A stretch of DNA of 33,000 bases. Origin: Octopus sinensis (Eukaryota). Under the pieces are notes generated by a model. That model was not told the origin of the DNA. It made no database searches and saw only the letters and a list, made by a program, of their open reading frames with translations. The stretch is taken from NCBI RefSeq assembly GCF_006345805.1, contig NC_042997.1, positions 201,996,001-202,029,000 of the forward strand. The letters are read 5' to 3'. Below, piece by piece: positions 9,640 through 20,621 of this stretch (position 1 is its first letter; each line of letters begins with the position of its first letter). The position numbers were made by a program, and so were the translations under genes.

Positions 9640-10020
9640 TTAGTTCTTTGTCATTTGACTGTGGCCATGCTGGAGCACTGCTTTGAAGGGTTTTAGTTAA
9701 ACAAGCAAGTCCAGTACTATTTCTTTTTTTTTTTTTTTGTCTGCTACTTATTCTATTAGTCTCTTTTACTGAACCACGAAGTTACGTGAGTGAAAGCAAA
9801 CCAACACTGGTCGGCAAGTGATATGTGTGTGTAGGAGGGAAACAGAGATAAAGACACACACACACATGATGGGCTTCCACACAGTTTCCATCTACCAAAT
9901 TCACTCACAAGGTATCAGTTGGCTTGAGGCTTTCATAGAAAACATTTCTGCGCAGTGGGATTGAACCCACAACAAGGTTGCAAAGCAAGCTTCATAACCA
10001 CACAGCCATGCCTGCAGCTA
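9640..10020 (-). mobile_element. SINE family C, older copy
   Basis: gtcatttgactgtggccatgctggagcactgc to cataaccacacagccatgcctgcag. Confidence 0.85.
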
Positions 10021-10026
10021 TGATAC

Positions 10027-10413
10027 TCTCTCTTTTACTCTTTTACTTGTTTCAGTCATTTGACTGCGGCCATGCTGGAGCACCACCTTTAATCAAGCAA
10101 CTCGACCCCGGGACTTATTCTATCGGTCTCTTTTGCCAAACCGCTAAGTGACGGAGACATAAACACACCAGCATCGGTTGTCAAGTAATGCTAGAGGGAC
10201 AAACACAGACACATAAACACACACACGCATATATATATATACATATATACAACGGGCTTCTTTCAGTTTCCGTCTACCAAATCCACTCACAAGGCTTTGG
10301 TCGGCCCGAGGCTATAGCAGAAGACACTTGCCCAAGATGCCACACAGTGGGACTGAACCCGGAACCATGTGGCTGGTTAGCAAGCTACTTACCACACAGC
10401 CACTCCTGCGCCT
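10027..10413 (-). mobile_element. SINE family C, young copy
   Basis: Intact tail ctcttttactcttttacttgtttcagtc and many retained CpGs (gactgcggcc, ctcgaccccggg, ggtcggcccgagg). Confidence 0.95.
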
Positions 10414-11310
10414 ATAAGATATTTTCTTTAAAAATAAGTTTATGATGCCATAACACTTCCTCGTGATTTATTCAATATGCAACAGTTAAAGAAATATCGA
10501 AACTCACTGTTCTGTGGAATATTCAGCCATTTACATATAATGTGACAAGGCTGCCTCTTTTGAATTACTTTCAGCAAATGACAGTTCCATTCATTGAATA
10601 ACTAGAACTCTCACATTGTCAAAGCCAACACAAGATCCATCATGGTAGCATAGTGTTACTCACAATTCTAATGGAAGGGACATTTATAACATGTTATTTC
10701 TGAAAGCAAAAATAATATTGATTAATGCTGACTGTAAAATATAGGCAGGGAGAAATCCTAAAAAAAGAATTTCATCATATCAGTTACTTACTATTTTAAA
10801 GACATATAGATCTCTCTTAAACTTTCTTATTTTACGTTTCAATATTATTTGCAGATTTTTACTTTCAATTTCAACAATTTCACGTTTCATTAATTTTTCT
10901 TATATCCTTCGTCATTTATCAGTAAAAATACTTCTATTTATTTATTCCTTTTCTTAATAGAAGTCAATATTACCTTATTTCTAATTACCGAATTTTGGAA
11001 AAAAAAAATTCCTTTAAATTCCATCTCGGTTGAATTTATTTCCAGTGCAACTCCTACATTAAATATTTAAGATGCATGCACACAAAAGTTAATGAGTTAT
11101 TTAGAGCTCAAAGTCATGTGAACAAACAGACATTTGTTATGCACAAACGAGCATTCTTGCACTCATGCACTCACAAACGTGCATCCAAACGTGCATATTA
11201 TAATCAGTATCCAAGTGTATTTAGCAAACTTATATTTCCAATATTTATCTTTCTAATTGAACAATGTGTGTGTATGTGTGTGTATATATATATATATGTG
11301 TGTGTGTGTA

Positions 11311-11394
11311 AGATAGATAGATAGGTAGGTAGGTAAGTAGATAGATAGATAGACAGACAGATAGATAGATAGCTAGATAGATAGATAAATAGAC

Positions 11395-11425
<31 letters not shown>

Positions 11426-11640
11426 TAGATAGATAGCTAGATAGATAGATAAATAGACAGACAGATAGCTAGATAGATAGATAAATAGACAGACAGATAG
11501 ACAGATAGATAGACAGATAGATAGATAAATAGACAGACAGATAGATAGACAGATAGATAGATAGATAAATAGATAGATAGATAGACAGAAAGATATATAG
11601 ATAGATAGATAGATGGATAGGTAAGTAGATAGAGAGAGGA
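11311..11640. repeat. Complex (GATA/GACA)n satellite
   Basis: Directly visible; it generates the spurious 176-aa ORF 11204-11734. Confidence 0.97.
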
Positions 11641-11809
11641 AGAGATAGAGAGATCTATTTATATGTATATGTGTTAGCGTACATGTGTCTGTGTGTCTAT
11701 GTAGATAGATTGGTAAATTGCTTCCAATTTTCAATCATTTGTTACTTTCCCTTTATTGAATGCAATTGCATTGGTGGCTTTGGAAGTGGTTTTCTGTCTT
11801 TCGTTTTAG

Positions 11810-11859
11810 TCTATTATTGTCATTGCTGACTGGTATTTATTTTACGCACAAACAAAATG
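11810..11859 (+). CDS. Candidate 50-nt exon (SIIVIADWYLFYAQTK or LLLSLLTGIYFTHKQN)
   Basis: Acceptor ttttctgtctttcgttttag, donor ATG|gtaaag, two open frames, unique sequence. Confidence 0.25.
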
Positions 11860-12079
11860 GTAAAGAGAATCTATTTAAGATAGTCACATTTTTTATTACA
11901 TCGTTGAAAGAACCGTTTATGTGTTTTAATTTTGGTTTCTGAAGCATCACTCTAATGGTAATGGAAAAAATCCACTTCTCATCTCAGTGGTCTCAGGTTT
12001 GATCTTTACTGCACAGTACCTTGGGCAAATATCTTCTACTCTCGAATCTTTGTGTGGGTGTGTGTGCATGTTTGTATCA

Positions 12080-12400
12080 TCATCATCATCATGTGTCCAT
12101 TGTCTATGCTGTCATGGGTTGGATGGTTTGTCCGGGGCTGGTAAGCTGGAAGGCGGCACCGGACTTCAGTCTGTTTTAGCATGGTTTTCTACAGCTGCAT
12201 GACCTTCCTAACACCAACCACTCCGAGAGTGTAATGGGTGCTTTAACATGCCACCAGCATGGGTGCCATTCGTGTGGCACCTGTATCTGCCACAACTGCA
12301 ATTTTGCTCGGCTTGATGGGTCTTCTTCTCAAGCCAAAGGTCTTGATCATTGCCTCCTTGAGGCCCAATGCTCAAAAGGAACTCAACCACTTAGATACTG
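12080..12400 (-). mobile_element. SINE-like family D
   Basis: catcatcatcatcat...catgggttggatggtttg...cttcctaacaccaaccactccgagagtgtaatgggtgc; homologous to 19962-20320 including the 3' extension. Confidence 0.85.
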
Positions 12401-12706
12401 TCAGATGAAATATTACGAAGCATTTCACCCAGTGTACTAACGATTCTGCCACCTTGCCGCCTTATCCATAGAGGAAACATTAGCTAGTTTGTCAGCAGAG
12501 GGTTGACAAAAAGAAGACCATCAGGCCATAGAATATCTACCTCATTAAAATGATGATCAGATCCACACACATTCTTTCTCTCTCTCCTCTTCTCTCTCTC
12601 TCTCTCTTTCTGTGAGCCTTACTCTGAAACTAGATCATAAAGAACTTTCTTCAGGCTAATAGTAACAATTTCAAACATAGATACAATTAATTCTGCATAT
12701 TTTAAA

Positions 12707-12924
12707 TTCAACCCTTCTCATACCAACCCACAATGGTTCTGCCTCTGTTTATATGATGCAAACTTCCTGATTTAAACTGATTTGAATTAATATCTCCCAT
12801 CAATATTTCATGTTAATTTATGTTCCAGACATCAGCTTAACAATAAGAGTCATGTTACTAAACTTTTCGTTAATTGAAACAAAGGGGATGTTGTTCAACA
12901 GAAATATGGTAACAAAAGTGTTAA
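12707..12924. mobile_element. piggyBac-type MITE, family 1
   Basis: Termini ttcaacccttctca and aacaaaagtgttaa resemble TTAA-CCCTT...AAGGG-TTAA. Confidence 0.7.
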
Positions 12925-12945
12925 AAAGCATTGCAGGATTACTGG

Positions 12946-13323
12946 TGGAGGTACAATGGCCCAGTGGTTAGGGCAGCAGGCTTGTGGTCATAGGATCGCG
13001 GTTTCAATTCCCAAACTTGGCATTGTGAGTGTTTATTGAGCAAAAGCACTTAAAGCTCCACGCGACTCCAGCAGGGCGGGGTGGCAAACCCTGCTGTACT
13101 CTTTCACCACAACTTTCTCTTGCTGTTTCTTCCTGTTTCTGTTGTACCTGTATTGCAAAGGAGCCAGCCTTGTCACACTCTGTATCATGCTGAATCTCTC
13201 TGAGAACTACATTAGGGGTACATGTGTCTGTGGAGTGCTCAGTCACTTGCACGTTAATTTCATGAGCAGGCTGTTACATTGATTGGTTCAACTGCAACCT
13301 TCGTCATCGTAACCAACAGCGTG
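12946..13323 (+). mobile_element. tRNA-derived SINE family A
   Basis: A box tggcccagtgg, B-box-like ggtttcaattcc; collinear with 4123-4475. Confidence 0.9.
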
Positions 13324-13466
13324 CTGTATTTGTTGTAGTAGTAGTAGTAACTACTAGAATAATTAGTTGAAACAGTTATTAAAAGAGTATTTTTGCAGCT
13401 CTTATCTTTCAACAATGCATTCACAGCCATGTCCACTTCTGTACAACATGTCTTTACTTCCCTGCG

Positions 13467-13700
13467 GTGAAGGTGCAGGTCTTAGTGTTTAGAGCATTTG
13501 GCTCATAATCATAAGGTCACAAGTTCGATTCCTGTTATTTGTTCCTATTCACCCAACAGTCAAATGACTGAAACAAGTAAAGGAGTACTCGCGTCTGTGA
13601 AATCCTCAGCCAGTTTCACGTTAATTCCACAAGCAATTTGTTCCATTGATTGGTTCTACTGGAACCCTTATTGTTGTAACCAAGAGAGTGCCAGTTACTT
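13467..13700 (+). mobile_element. Mosaic of SINE fragments (tRNA head, family C tail, family A tail)
   Basis: ggtgaaggtgcaggtcttagtgtttagagc...agttcgattcc, then caaatgactgaaacaagtaaagg, then cacgttaattccacaagc...ctggaaccctt. Confidence 0.6.
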
Positions 13701-13924
13701 CCCCATATCTTAAGGGTACCCTGACATATTTACTCCACCATCTTCTCTCCTCTCTCTTCCACTTGGTGTAGCTAGAGTGTCTCCTCTACAGTAAGACATC
13801 TGTTCTTGTCACATCTCTCATACTTTTACTTCTCATTCCCTGGCACAAAGCCTCTTCTCTTGTCACTGCTTCTCCCTCAATTGAGGTGATCTTATTTTGC
13901 AAGTTACTAGTTGACCTCACTAAT

Positions 13925-14100
13925 GCCAGAACCACATGAAAAGCACTTTGGAAAGTGGTTGGTGTCAAGAAGGGTATCTAGCTGTAGAAAACATGCCAAA
14001 GCCGACAGTGGAACTTGACACAGTCCTCTGGCTTACCAGTTCCCCTCAACCCATCCAACCCATGCCAGCATGGAAAAACAAACATTAACAGACAAAAGAT
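13925..14100 (+). mobile_element. SINE-like family D
   Basis: gccagaaccacatgaaaagcac...ccaacccatgccagcatggaaaa. Confidence 0.8.
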
Positions 14101-14247
14101 GAGGGAGAAGAGTGTGTATAACTGAAACTGAAAGACAGGCTTCTACTATTGTTCTCATTATAGATCAATCAAACTGTAATTAGTAAATAGATTTAGTCCT
14201 AACCCTATGCTGGCAGTAGAAAGCTAGCATTAATTAATGTGGTAATT

Positions 14248-14600
14248 AAGGCAGTGAGCTGACAGAATTATTAGCACACTGGGTAAAATGCTTAGTGGCA
14301 TTTCGTCTGTCTTTGCCTTCTGAGTTCAAATTCCACTGAGGTCAATTTTGCCTTTCATCCTTTCAGGGTCAATAGATTAAGTACCTATTTCTTTACTACC
14401 CACAAGGGGCTAAACATAGAGGGGACAAACAAGGACAGACAAACGGATTAAGTCAATTACATCGACCCCAGTGTGTAACTGGTACTCATTTAATCGACCC
14501 CGAAAGGATGAAAGGCGAAGCACTGGGATTGATGTAATCGACTGGCCCCCTCCCCCATATTTGAGACCTTCTTCCTCCAGTAGAAAGGATTATTAATGTA
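14248..14600 (+). mobile_element. SINE family E interrupted by an antisense copy of itself
   Basis: Plus copy runs to taagtacc (14385) and resumes at 14521 (cactgggattgatgtaatcgac); 14386-14520 is the reverse complement of family E. Confidence 0.8.
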
Positions 14601-14929
14601 GTGATAAAAGATCTCTAAAGGATTATATTTTCTACACCAGATTTAACAATTAAAGTAACCAACTAAATTTGATCAAGAGTTGAAAATAGATTTTTGAGTA
14701 TGTAAACAAATAATTGAATTTATGTGCTCAAGGATATTAAATATTTTGATTAAAAACAACAAACGTTAATATCTTTTTATTTTTTTTTTGTATCTTTCAT
14801 TTTTGTCTCTTTATGAAATTCCTTATTTCATAAATGATATGAAAACAAACTGATATTTCTATGGCAACTGGTATTCTAATCTCATTTGTTTATTAATGGA
14901 TTAATTAATCAATAGGTAATAAGCACAGA

Positions 14930-15275
14930 CTTAGATGAATGGCTAAGAAGCTTGTTTTGCATCCGCGTAATTCTGAGTTCAGTCCCACTGAGTGGCACCT
15001 TGGGCAAGTATCTTCTATAGTGCTATTGCCTTGTGAGTGAACTTGATCAATGGAAACTGTATGGAAGCACATATCATATATGTGTGTGTTTGTTTGTGTG
15101 TGTGTGTGTCTGTTTTTCTCTCTACCCTTTGACAACCGGTGTTAACATGTTTACATCCCCGTTACTGTTTTGGCAAAAGAGACTAATAGAATGAATACCT
15201 GACATAAAAAATATGCAGTGAAGTTGATTTATTTAACTGAAAAATCCTTCAAGGTGAGGCCTCAGCATGGCTGCT
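14930..15275 (+). mobile_element. SINE family C, diverged
   Basis: ggctaagaagcttg...gttcagtcccactgagtggcaccttgggcaag...ccttcaaggtgaggcctcagcatggctgc. Confidence 0.8.
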
Positions 15276-15299
15276 GCCTAAAATGCACATTAATGTTTT

Positions 15300-15678
15300 C
15301 AGGTTTGTGCTGGCACCATGTAAAAAGCACCCATTCTGAAGCCACATAAAGAGCACTTTAGCCGGCACCTCATAGGAAGTGCCCATGCTGATGCCACATG
15401 AAGAGTACCCATGCTATGTAACAAAGTACCCTTTGTTGGTGACTGCACATAGAAAGCACTGTGCTGGTACAATGTAATAGTTACCCATGCTGGGGTCACA
15501 TAAAAGCTCTCAGTACACTCTGAGAGGTGGATTGTCTTAGGAAGGGCATCCTCCAGCTGTAGAAACCATGCTGAAACAGACGATTGGAGCCTGATACAGC
15601 TCTCTGACTTGCCTGCTTGTCAAACCATCCAACCCATGACAGCATGGAAAACAGGCATTAAATGATGATGATGATGTT
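15300..15678 (+). mobile_element. SINE-like family D with degenerate short-unit array
   Basis: Repeated gctggYgccaYrtaaaaagcac-like units at 15308-15510, then family D body and (GAT)n tail. Confidence 0.85.
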
Positions 15679-16259
15679 GAGGAAATGATTGTAAAATGAA
15701 GAGTTCTTTTTTTTCTTTACATTTTCTGGGTGTTTTTTTATCATCAGTATATTTCCTTCACCAGAATATCAAAATACATTAATATTTATCATGCTACCAA
15801 CTAAAGAATAAAGAAAACAATATTTTGAATTTGATTTCTTTTCTTCTTTTACCATTCCTCTACAAAATTAGTATACTCACTAAACTATTTAAGATCAGTT
15901 TACGTTAAGTTTTACACAAAAATCTTGATGAGAGAATCTCTTTCCAAACTAAATTAACACTTTCAAGGTAAGATGGGAACAATCTGCAATACACAAATAT
16001 AATTATAGCAATTATTTCTGAAAGTTCTAATTTATTAAGTTGTACAGTGCAGAAGATTAATTGCTTTTTAAGTCTATTCATTGATATCTCTCTTAGCTTT
16101 GAGATGTATTTGATTAAATGTGAAACAGGTGGGGGTGATTCTGAGAAGATCTGGTATTCATTTGCTTCATTTGACATATTATGTTCAAGTTTCACATTAT
16201 TCTTTATATTTTGATATATATATATATATAGATATATTTATATTTTCATATATGTATCC

Positions 16260-16566
16260 ATGTTGGTGCCATGTAAAAAGCACTTGTGATGGCGTCATGC
16301 AAAAAGCACCCTTGTTGGTGTCACCCAAGCTGGTACCATATATAAAGCACTTATGCTTGTGCCACATAAAAAGTAGTCATACTGGTGCCATGAAAAAGCA
16401 CCCAGTACACTCTGTAAAGTGGTTGGCATTAGGAAGGGCATCCAGCCTTAGAAACCATACCAAAACAGACAATTGGAGTCTGGTGCAGCCTTCTGGCTTG
16501 CCAGCTCCTCTCAAACCATCCAGCCCATACCAGCATGGAAAGCAGATATTAAATGATGATGATGAT
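16260..16566 (+). mobile_element. SINE-like family D
   Basis: Several ggtgccatgtaaaaagcac units, then gaagggcatccagcc...gatattaaatgatgatgatg. Confidence 0.85.
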
Positions 16567-16599
16567 ATATGCAGCACAAAATTTTGTCTTTTATTCTTT

Positions 16600-16953
16600 C
16601 ATTTCTTTAGTTGTTTCTGTCATGTGACTGCACCCATGCTGGAGCACCACCTTTAGTTGAACAAATCGACCCCAGCACTTATTTGTTGCAAGCCTAGTAC
16701 TTATTCTATCAGTCTTTTTTGCCGAACCACTAAGTTACAGACATAAACACAGCAACATCGATTGTCAAACGATGGTGGGGAACAAACACAGGCATTCAAA
16801 TACATGCATACATACATACATATGATGGGCTTCTTTCAGTTTCCATCTACCAAATCCACTCAAGGCTTTGGTCAGCCAAGATTATAGTAGAAGAGACTTG
16901 CCCAAGGTGCCATGTGGTAGGGAAGCCAGCTTCTTACCACACAGCCACTCCTG
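16600..16953 (-). mobile_element. SINE family C
   Basis: gttgtttctgtcatgtgactgcacccatgctggagcaccacc to ttaccacacagccactcctgtg. Confidence 0.85.
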
Positions 16954-18149
16954 TGTTTAAGTTTTGTCTTTTATTTCATATTTTCATATTTCAAACAGAT
17001 AAAATTCGAACATAGTCGTGTATTTAATGAAACATGCATAAAAGAAAAGCTGTTGTCCATGTATGTGTGTGCACACGTTTGTATCGGCACACACATATTG
17101 TTGCAGACAATATATGTATTATTTATTGGAAAGAACAATCTGACTGACTTTCTTTACTGTTTGAATATAAAGACTATTTCATTTTATATTCTGTTGATAA
17201 ATATAAAGATAAACTCCATAAAAACCATTTTATTTTGCTGTTTAAAATCCTTAGCCGAACCATTATTAACACTGGTAATTCACAGGATATGAATGTTATA
17301 CTCTCTGTTCTTTATTGCAGTTATCTTTTTTTAAAAATAGATAACTGAATATTGAGACAGGTTTTGTTTTATTCTATTTCCCATTTAAAAACAAACTGGA
17401 ATCTAATAAATCAAGCTTTATAATAGAACTTCTAACAAAAACCTAAAAATAAACTATTCATTGCAATCATTCCTGATAGAATTCATTGTTAGTGATCTTT
17501 TACTGTTATGATTATAGACAAAATAATTCATTCTGATTCTTATCTTAATAAATCCTTATAAACAGATAGAGAGACAGACAGAGAGAGAGAAAAAAAAAAC
17601 AACTCCTTCTAGCATATTCTGTTTCATTTCAGAATCAATATTGACTAAAATCTTTTAAATATATGTATATATCTGATTTAGATATGTAATATTTACATAT
17701 TAGCTAATAAATAAGATTACTACTTCAAGATAGTGTTTAAAACATTTGTTAGTAATACTCTAACTTTTAGTACTCAATCCTTTAGACTGTACCAGACTTG
17801 TATGAAAGTATCTTTTCATTGTAATGTATTGTTATTTGATGCATCGTTAATAAGAAGGAGGGAAAAAAATGAAACAAACTGACAGTTCCAAGGAAATTTA
17901 TATGTTGTTAGTATCACCGTTGTACATCTTTTAGTTTGGTTATGTTATATGAAAAAAAAAATGATAAAACCATAATTTCTTTGATTCTTCATAGATGGCC
18001 TTAATTCTTCTCTATCATTTTTTTTTTGTTTTTTGTTTTTTTTTTTTCTTCTCTGCAAAGAGTTGAACTAACTCCCAATGAGACGTAATTACTTTTGTGT
18101 GTATAAATATATTTCCTGTTTCGGTATCTGACTTTTTTCTTTCTCTAGT

Positions 18150-18240
18150 AAAGGTGGCAAGACGGTTGAATTGTTAGAGCATCAGACAAAATGGTTAGCA
18201 GCATTTCTTTTGGGGTTTTTTTATGTTCTGAATTCATGGA
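18150..18240 (+). mobile_element. SINE family E head fragment
   Basis: aaggtggcaagacggttgaattgttagagcatcagacaaaatggttagc. Confidence 0.55.
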
Positions 18241-18273
18241 GATGAACAAATCCAATCAAAAGCCTGCTAGTTA

Positions 18274-18670
18274 GGCACAGGGGAAGCTGCGTGGTAAGGA
18301 GTTTGCTTCCCAACCACATGGTTCTGGGTTCAGTCCCACTATATGGCACCTTGAGGAAGTGACTTTTATGATAGCCTCAAGCTGACCACAGCCTTGTGAG
18401 TGGATTTGGTAGACAGAAACTGAAAGAAGCCAGTCGTGAGTGTGTGTGGCTTTGTGGATGTGTTTGTCCCCCGCCACTGTTTGACAACTGGTGTAGGTGT
18501 GTTTACATCTGTGTAACCTAGCAGTTCAGCAAAAGAGACCGATACAATAAGTACCAAGCTTAAAAAAATCAGCGCTTGGGTCATCAATTCATTCAACTAA
18601 AATTCTTCATGGCAGTGCCCCAGCATGGCCGCAATCTAATGACTGAAACAAGTAAAAGATGAAAAGATAA
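18274..18670 (+). mobile_element. SINE family C, full length
   Basis: aggcacagggg...ggttcagtcccac...aatgactgaaacaagtaaaagatgaaaagataa. Confidence 0.9.
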
Positions 18671-18776
18671 TATTACCCTTAAAAATAAAACAAGCAGTCA
18701 ACTGATCATCCTTATAAATGAACAGTAATTCTGTTAAGAATATTTCAAATGATATAATAACTATATCAATAGTATT

Positions 18777-19201
18777 ATTCTTTTACTTGTTTCAGTCATT
18801 TGACTGCGGCCATGCTGGAGCACTGCCTTTGGTCAAGCAAATCGACTCCAGAACTTATTCTTTGTAAGCCTAGTACTTATTCTATCGATCTCTTTTGCCG
18901 AACCACATCGGTTGTCAAGCGATGTTGGGGGGGGGGGAACGCACACACACATACATACATACATATGTATGTATGTATGTATATATATATATATATAAGA
19001 CAGGCTTCTATCAGTTTCTGTCTGTTGTAAAATCCACTCACAAGGCTTTGGTCGGCCCAAGGCTATAGTAGAAGACACTTGCCCAAGGTGCCACGCAGTG
19101 GGACTGAACCCGGAACCTTGTGGTTGGGAAGCAAGCTACTTACCACAGCCATTCCTGCACCTATAGCAAGCTACTTAGCACACAGCTACTCTTGTGCCTA
19201 T
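18777..19201 (-). mobile_element. SINE family C, young, with duplicated head end
   Basis: CpG-rich copy at 18777-19164 followed by a more diverged repeat of the last 35-37 nt at 19165-19201. Confidence 0.9.
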
Positions 19202-19261
19202 TAGTGATAAATAACTAATTAAATTTTACTCATTGGTAATCAAGTCTTTGTTCTAAGGAGC

Positions 19262-19740
19262 TGTATATTTCAACAAAATTTTTATCCTAATTTGTGGTTT
19301 GAATATCAGAAACAGGCGTGTAAGTTTATGGCTAAAGAAAGATAATAACAATTGTTTTGATGTAGTAACGAGTAGCCTTGACTCTGCTGAAATTTGTGAG
19401 CTCCTTCGGCTGTTAAGTTCTCTATTAGTTAAACAATAAATTCGGCAACTTAAATGCACTCTACCTGTGAAGACAGACTAATTATTATATGAAGTATGAA
19501 TGCCTAACAATTAGATTCACAAAAGGTCGCTTTGAATTATTGAAAGAGAGAAACCTAAACATAACAATTAAAACAAATTTACATGGAATTGATTTTCTTG
19601 ATTGTAATTTTAAATCTAACAAGAGACATTCACCTTTTAAGAAACCAAATGAAAAAAATTACAATACAAAAATACAACTGTAATAATTCAATGAAATCTG
19701 TTAGTAAACAGTTATCTCGTATTTCATTTGATCTTCCTTC
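19262..19740 (+). mobile_element. Decayed Penelope-like element, reverse transcriptase fragment
   Basis: From 19329: WLKKDNNNCFDVVTSSLDSAEICELL (compare WxKK..FDVTMGSxDGAExCELVG); broken LY(RD)DGL near 19460-19480; ORF 19489-19683 has LNITIKTNLHGIDFLDCNF..PFKKPN. Confidence 0.8.
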
Positions 19741-19754
19741 AGTAAAGAAGCCCT

Positions 19755-19960
19755 TTCTATTTCTTTACTACCCACAAGGAGCTAAACACAGAGGGGATGA
19801 ACAAGGACAGACAAATGGATTAAGTCGATTATATCAACCCCAGTGCGTAACTGGTACTTATTTAATCGACCCCGAAAAGATGAAAGGCAAAGTCGACCTC
19901 GGTGGAATTTGAACTCAGGACGTAACAGCAGACGAAATACCACTATGCATTTCGCCCACC
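19755..19960 (-). mobile_element. SINE family E, young
   Basis: tatttctttactacccacaagg...gaccccgaaaagatgaaaggcaaagtcgacctcgg; near-identical to 14386-14520. Confidence 0.9.
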
Positions 19961-19961
19961 G

Positions 19962-20320
19962 TTTCATCATTTAGTATCCTTTGTCCATGCTGGCATGGAT
20001 TGGATGGTTTGACTAGAGTTAGTAAGCTGAAGCTGCTGCACCAGACTCCAGTCTGATTTGGCATGGTTTTTATGTCTGGATGCCATTCCTAATGTCAACC
20101 ACTCCAAAAGTGTAATGGGTGCTTTTATGTGCCACCTGCATGGGTGCCAGTTGCATGACACCAGTATCTGCCACAACTATGATTTCACTTGGTTTGATGG
20201 GTCTCCTTCTTAAGTACAGCATATTACCAACGGTCTTGGTCATTTGTCATTGCCTTCATGAAACTCAATGCTTGAAAGAAGCTTTCTATGTGCCACCAGC
20301 ATGGGTGCCAGTTATGTGAC
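19962..20320 (-). mobile_element. SINE-like family D
   Basis: ccatgctggcatggattggatgg...gtgcttttatgtgccacc; collinear with 12080-12400. Confidence 0.85.
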
Positions 20321-20425
20321 AATTTATTATAATAGAATATCAAAACAAAGTGAGTTTTAAAATGATATTAATTATATAAAAAATGTTAATTTCCAGGCTC
20401 ACAAAAATAGGAAAAATCATTTGGT

Positions 20426-20621
20426 TTAATTGTTCAACATTCAGATTACTCTTTGTCAAATGTAATGCTTTATTTTGTAACTTTGAAATTTCGATGATAA
20501 AACTGTTTATTTTTAGAATGACATTGTAGGGAAGTTGTGAGAGGTTAGTTCTCGCTGCTTTGAACATTAAACAGGTTGAATACGTGAGTCTGATATGTTT
20601 GGTTTAAATTATAAGTGTTAC
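20426..20621. mobile_element. piggyBac-type MITE, family 2, decayed
   Basis: tttagaatgacattgtaggg...gtgagagg is the reverse complement of the 31129-31336 interior. Confidence 0.7.

Noticed and set aside
9323-9686. Repetitive ORFs with 22-aa periodicity, and a CRISPR-like appearance
   Set aside because: A 66-bp unit (multiple of 3) inside a SINE; eukaryotic context, no cas genes, and spacers similar to each other.
11204-11734. 176-aa ORF, second longest in the track
   Set aside because: Translation of the (GATA)n satellite (SIYL repeats).
15872-15968. Plus-strand exon ending at the strong donor AAG|gtaaga
   Set aside because: On recount, every frame from the upstream acceptor hits a stop; only a short version from a weak acceptor stays open.
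15905-16195. 96-aa minus-strand ORF
   Set aside because: No recognisable motif, no clear exon boundaries, and an AT-rich composition compatible with chance.
16120-16656. 178-aa ORF
   Set aside because: Runs through (TA)n and family D and C SINE sequence.
17107-17274. 168-nt open frame between AG and GT
   Set aside because: Extreme Ile/Lys/Asn/Phe bias typical of AT-rich non-coding DNA.
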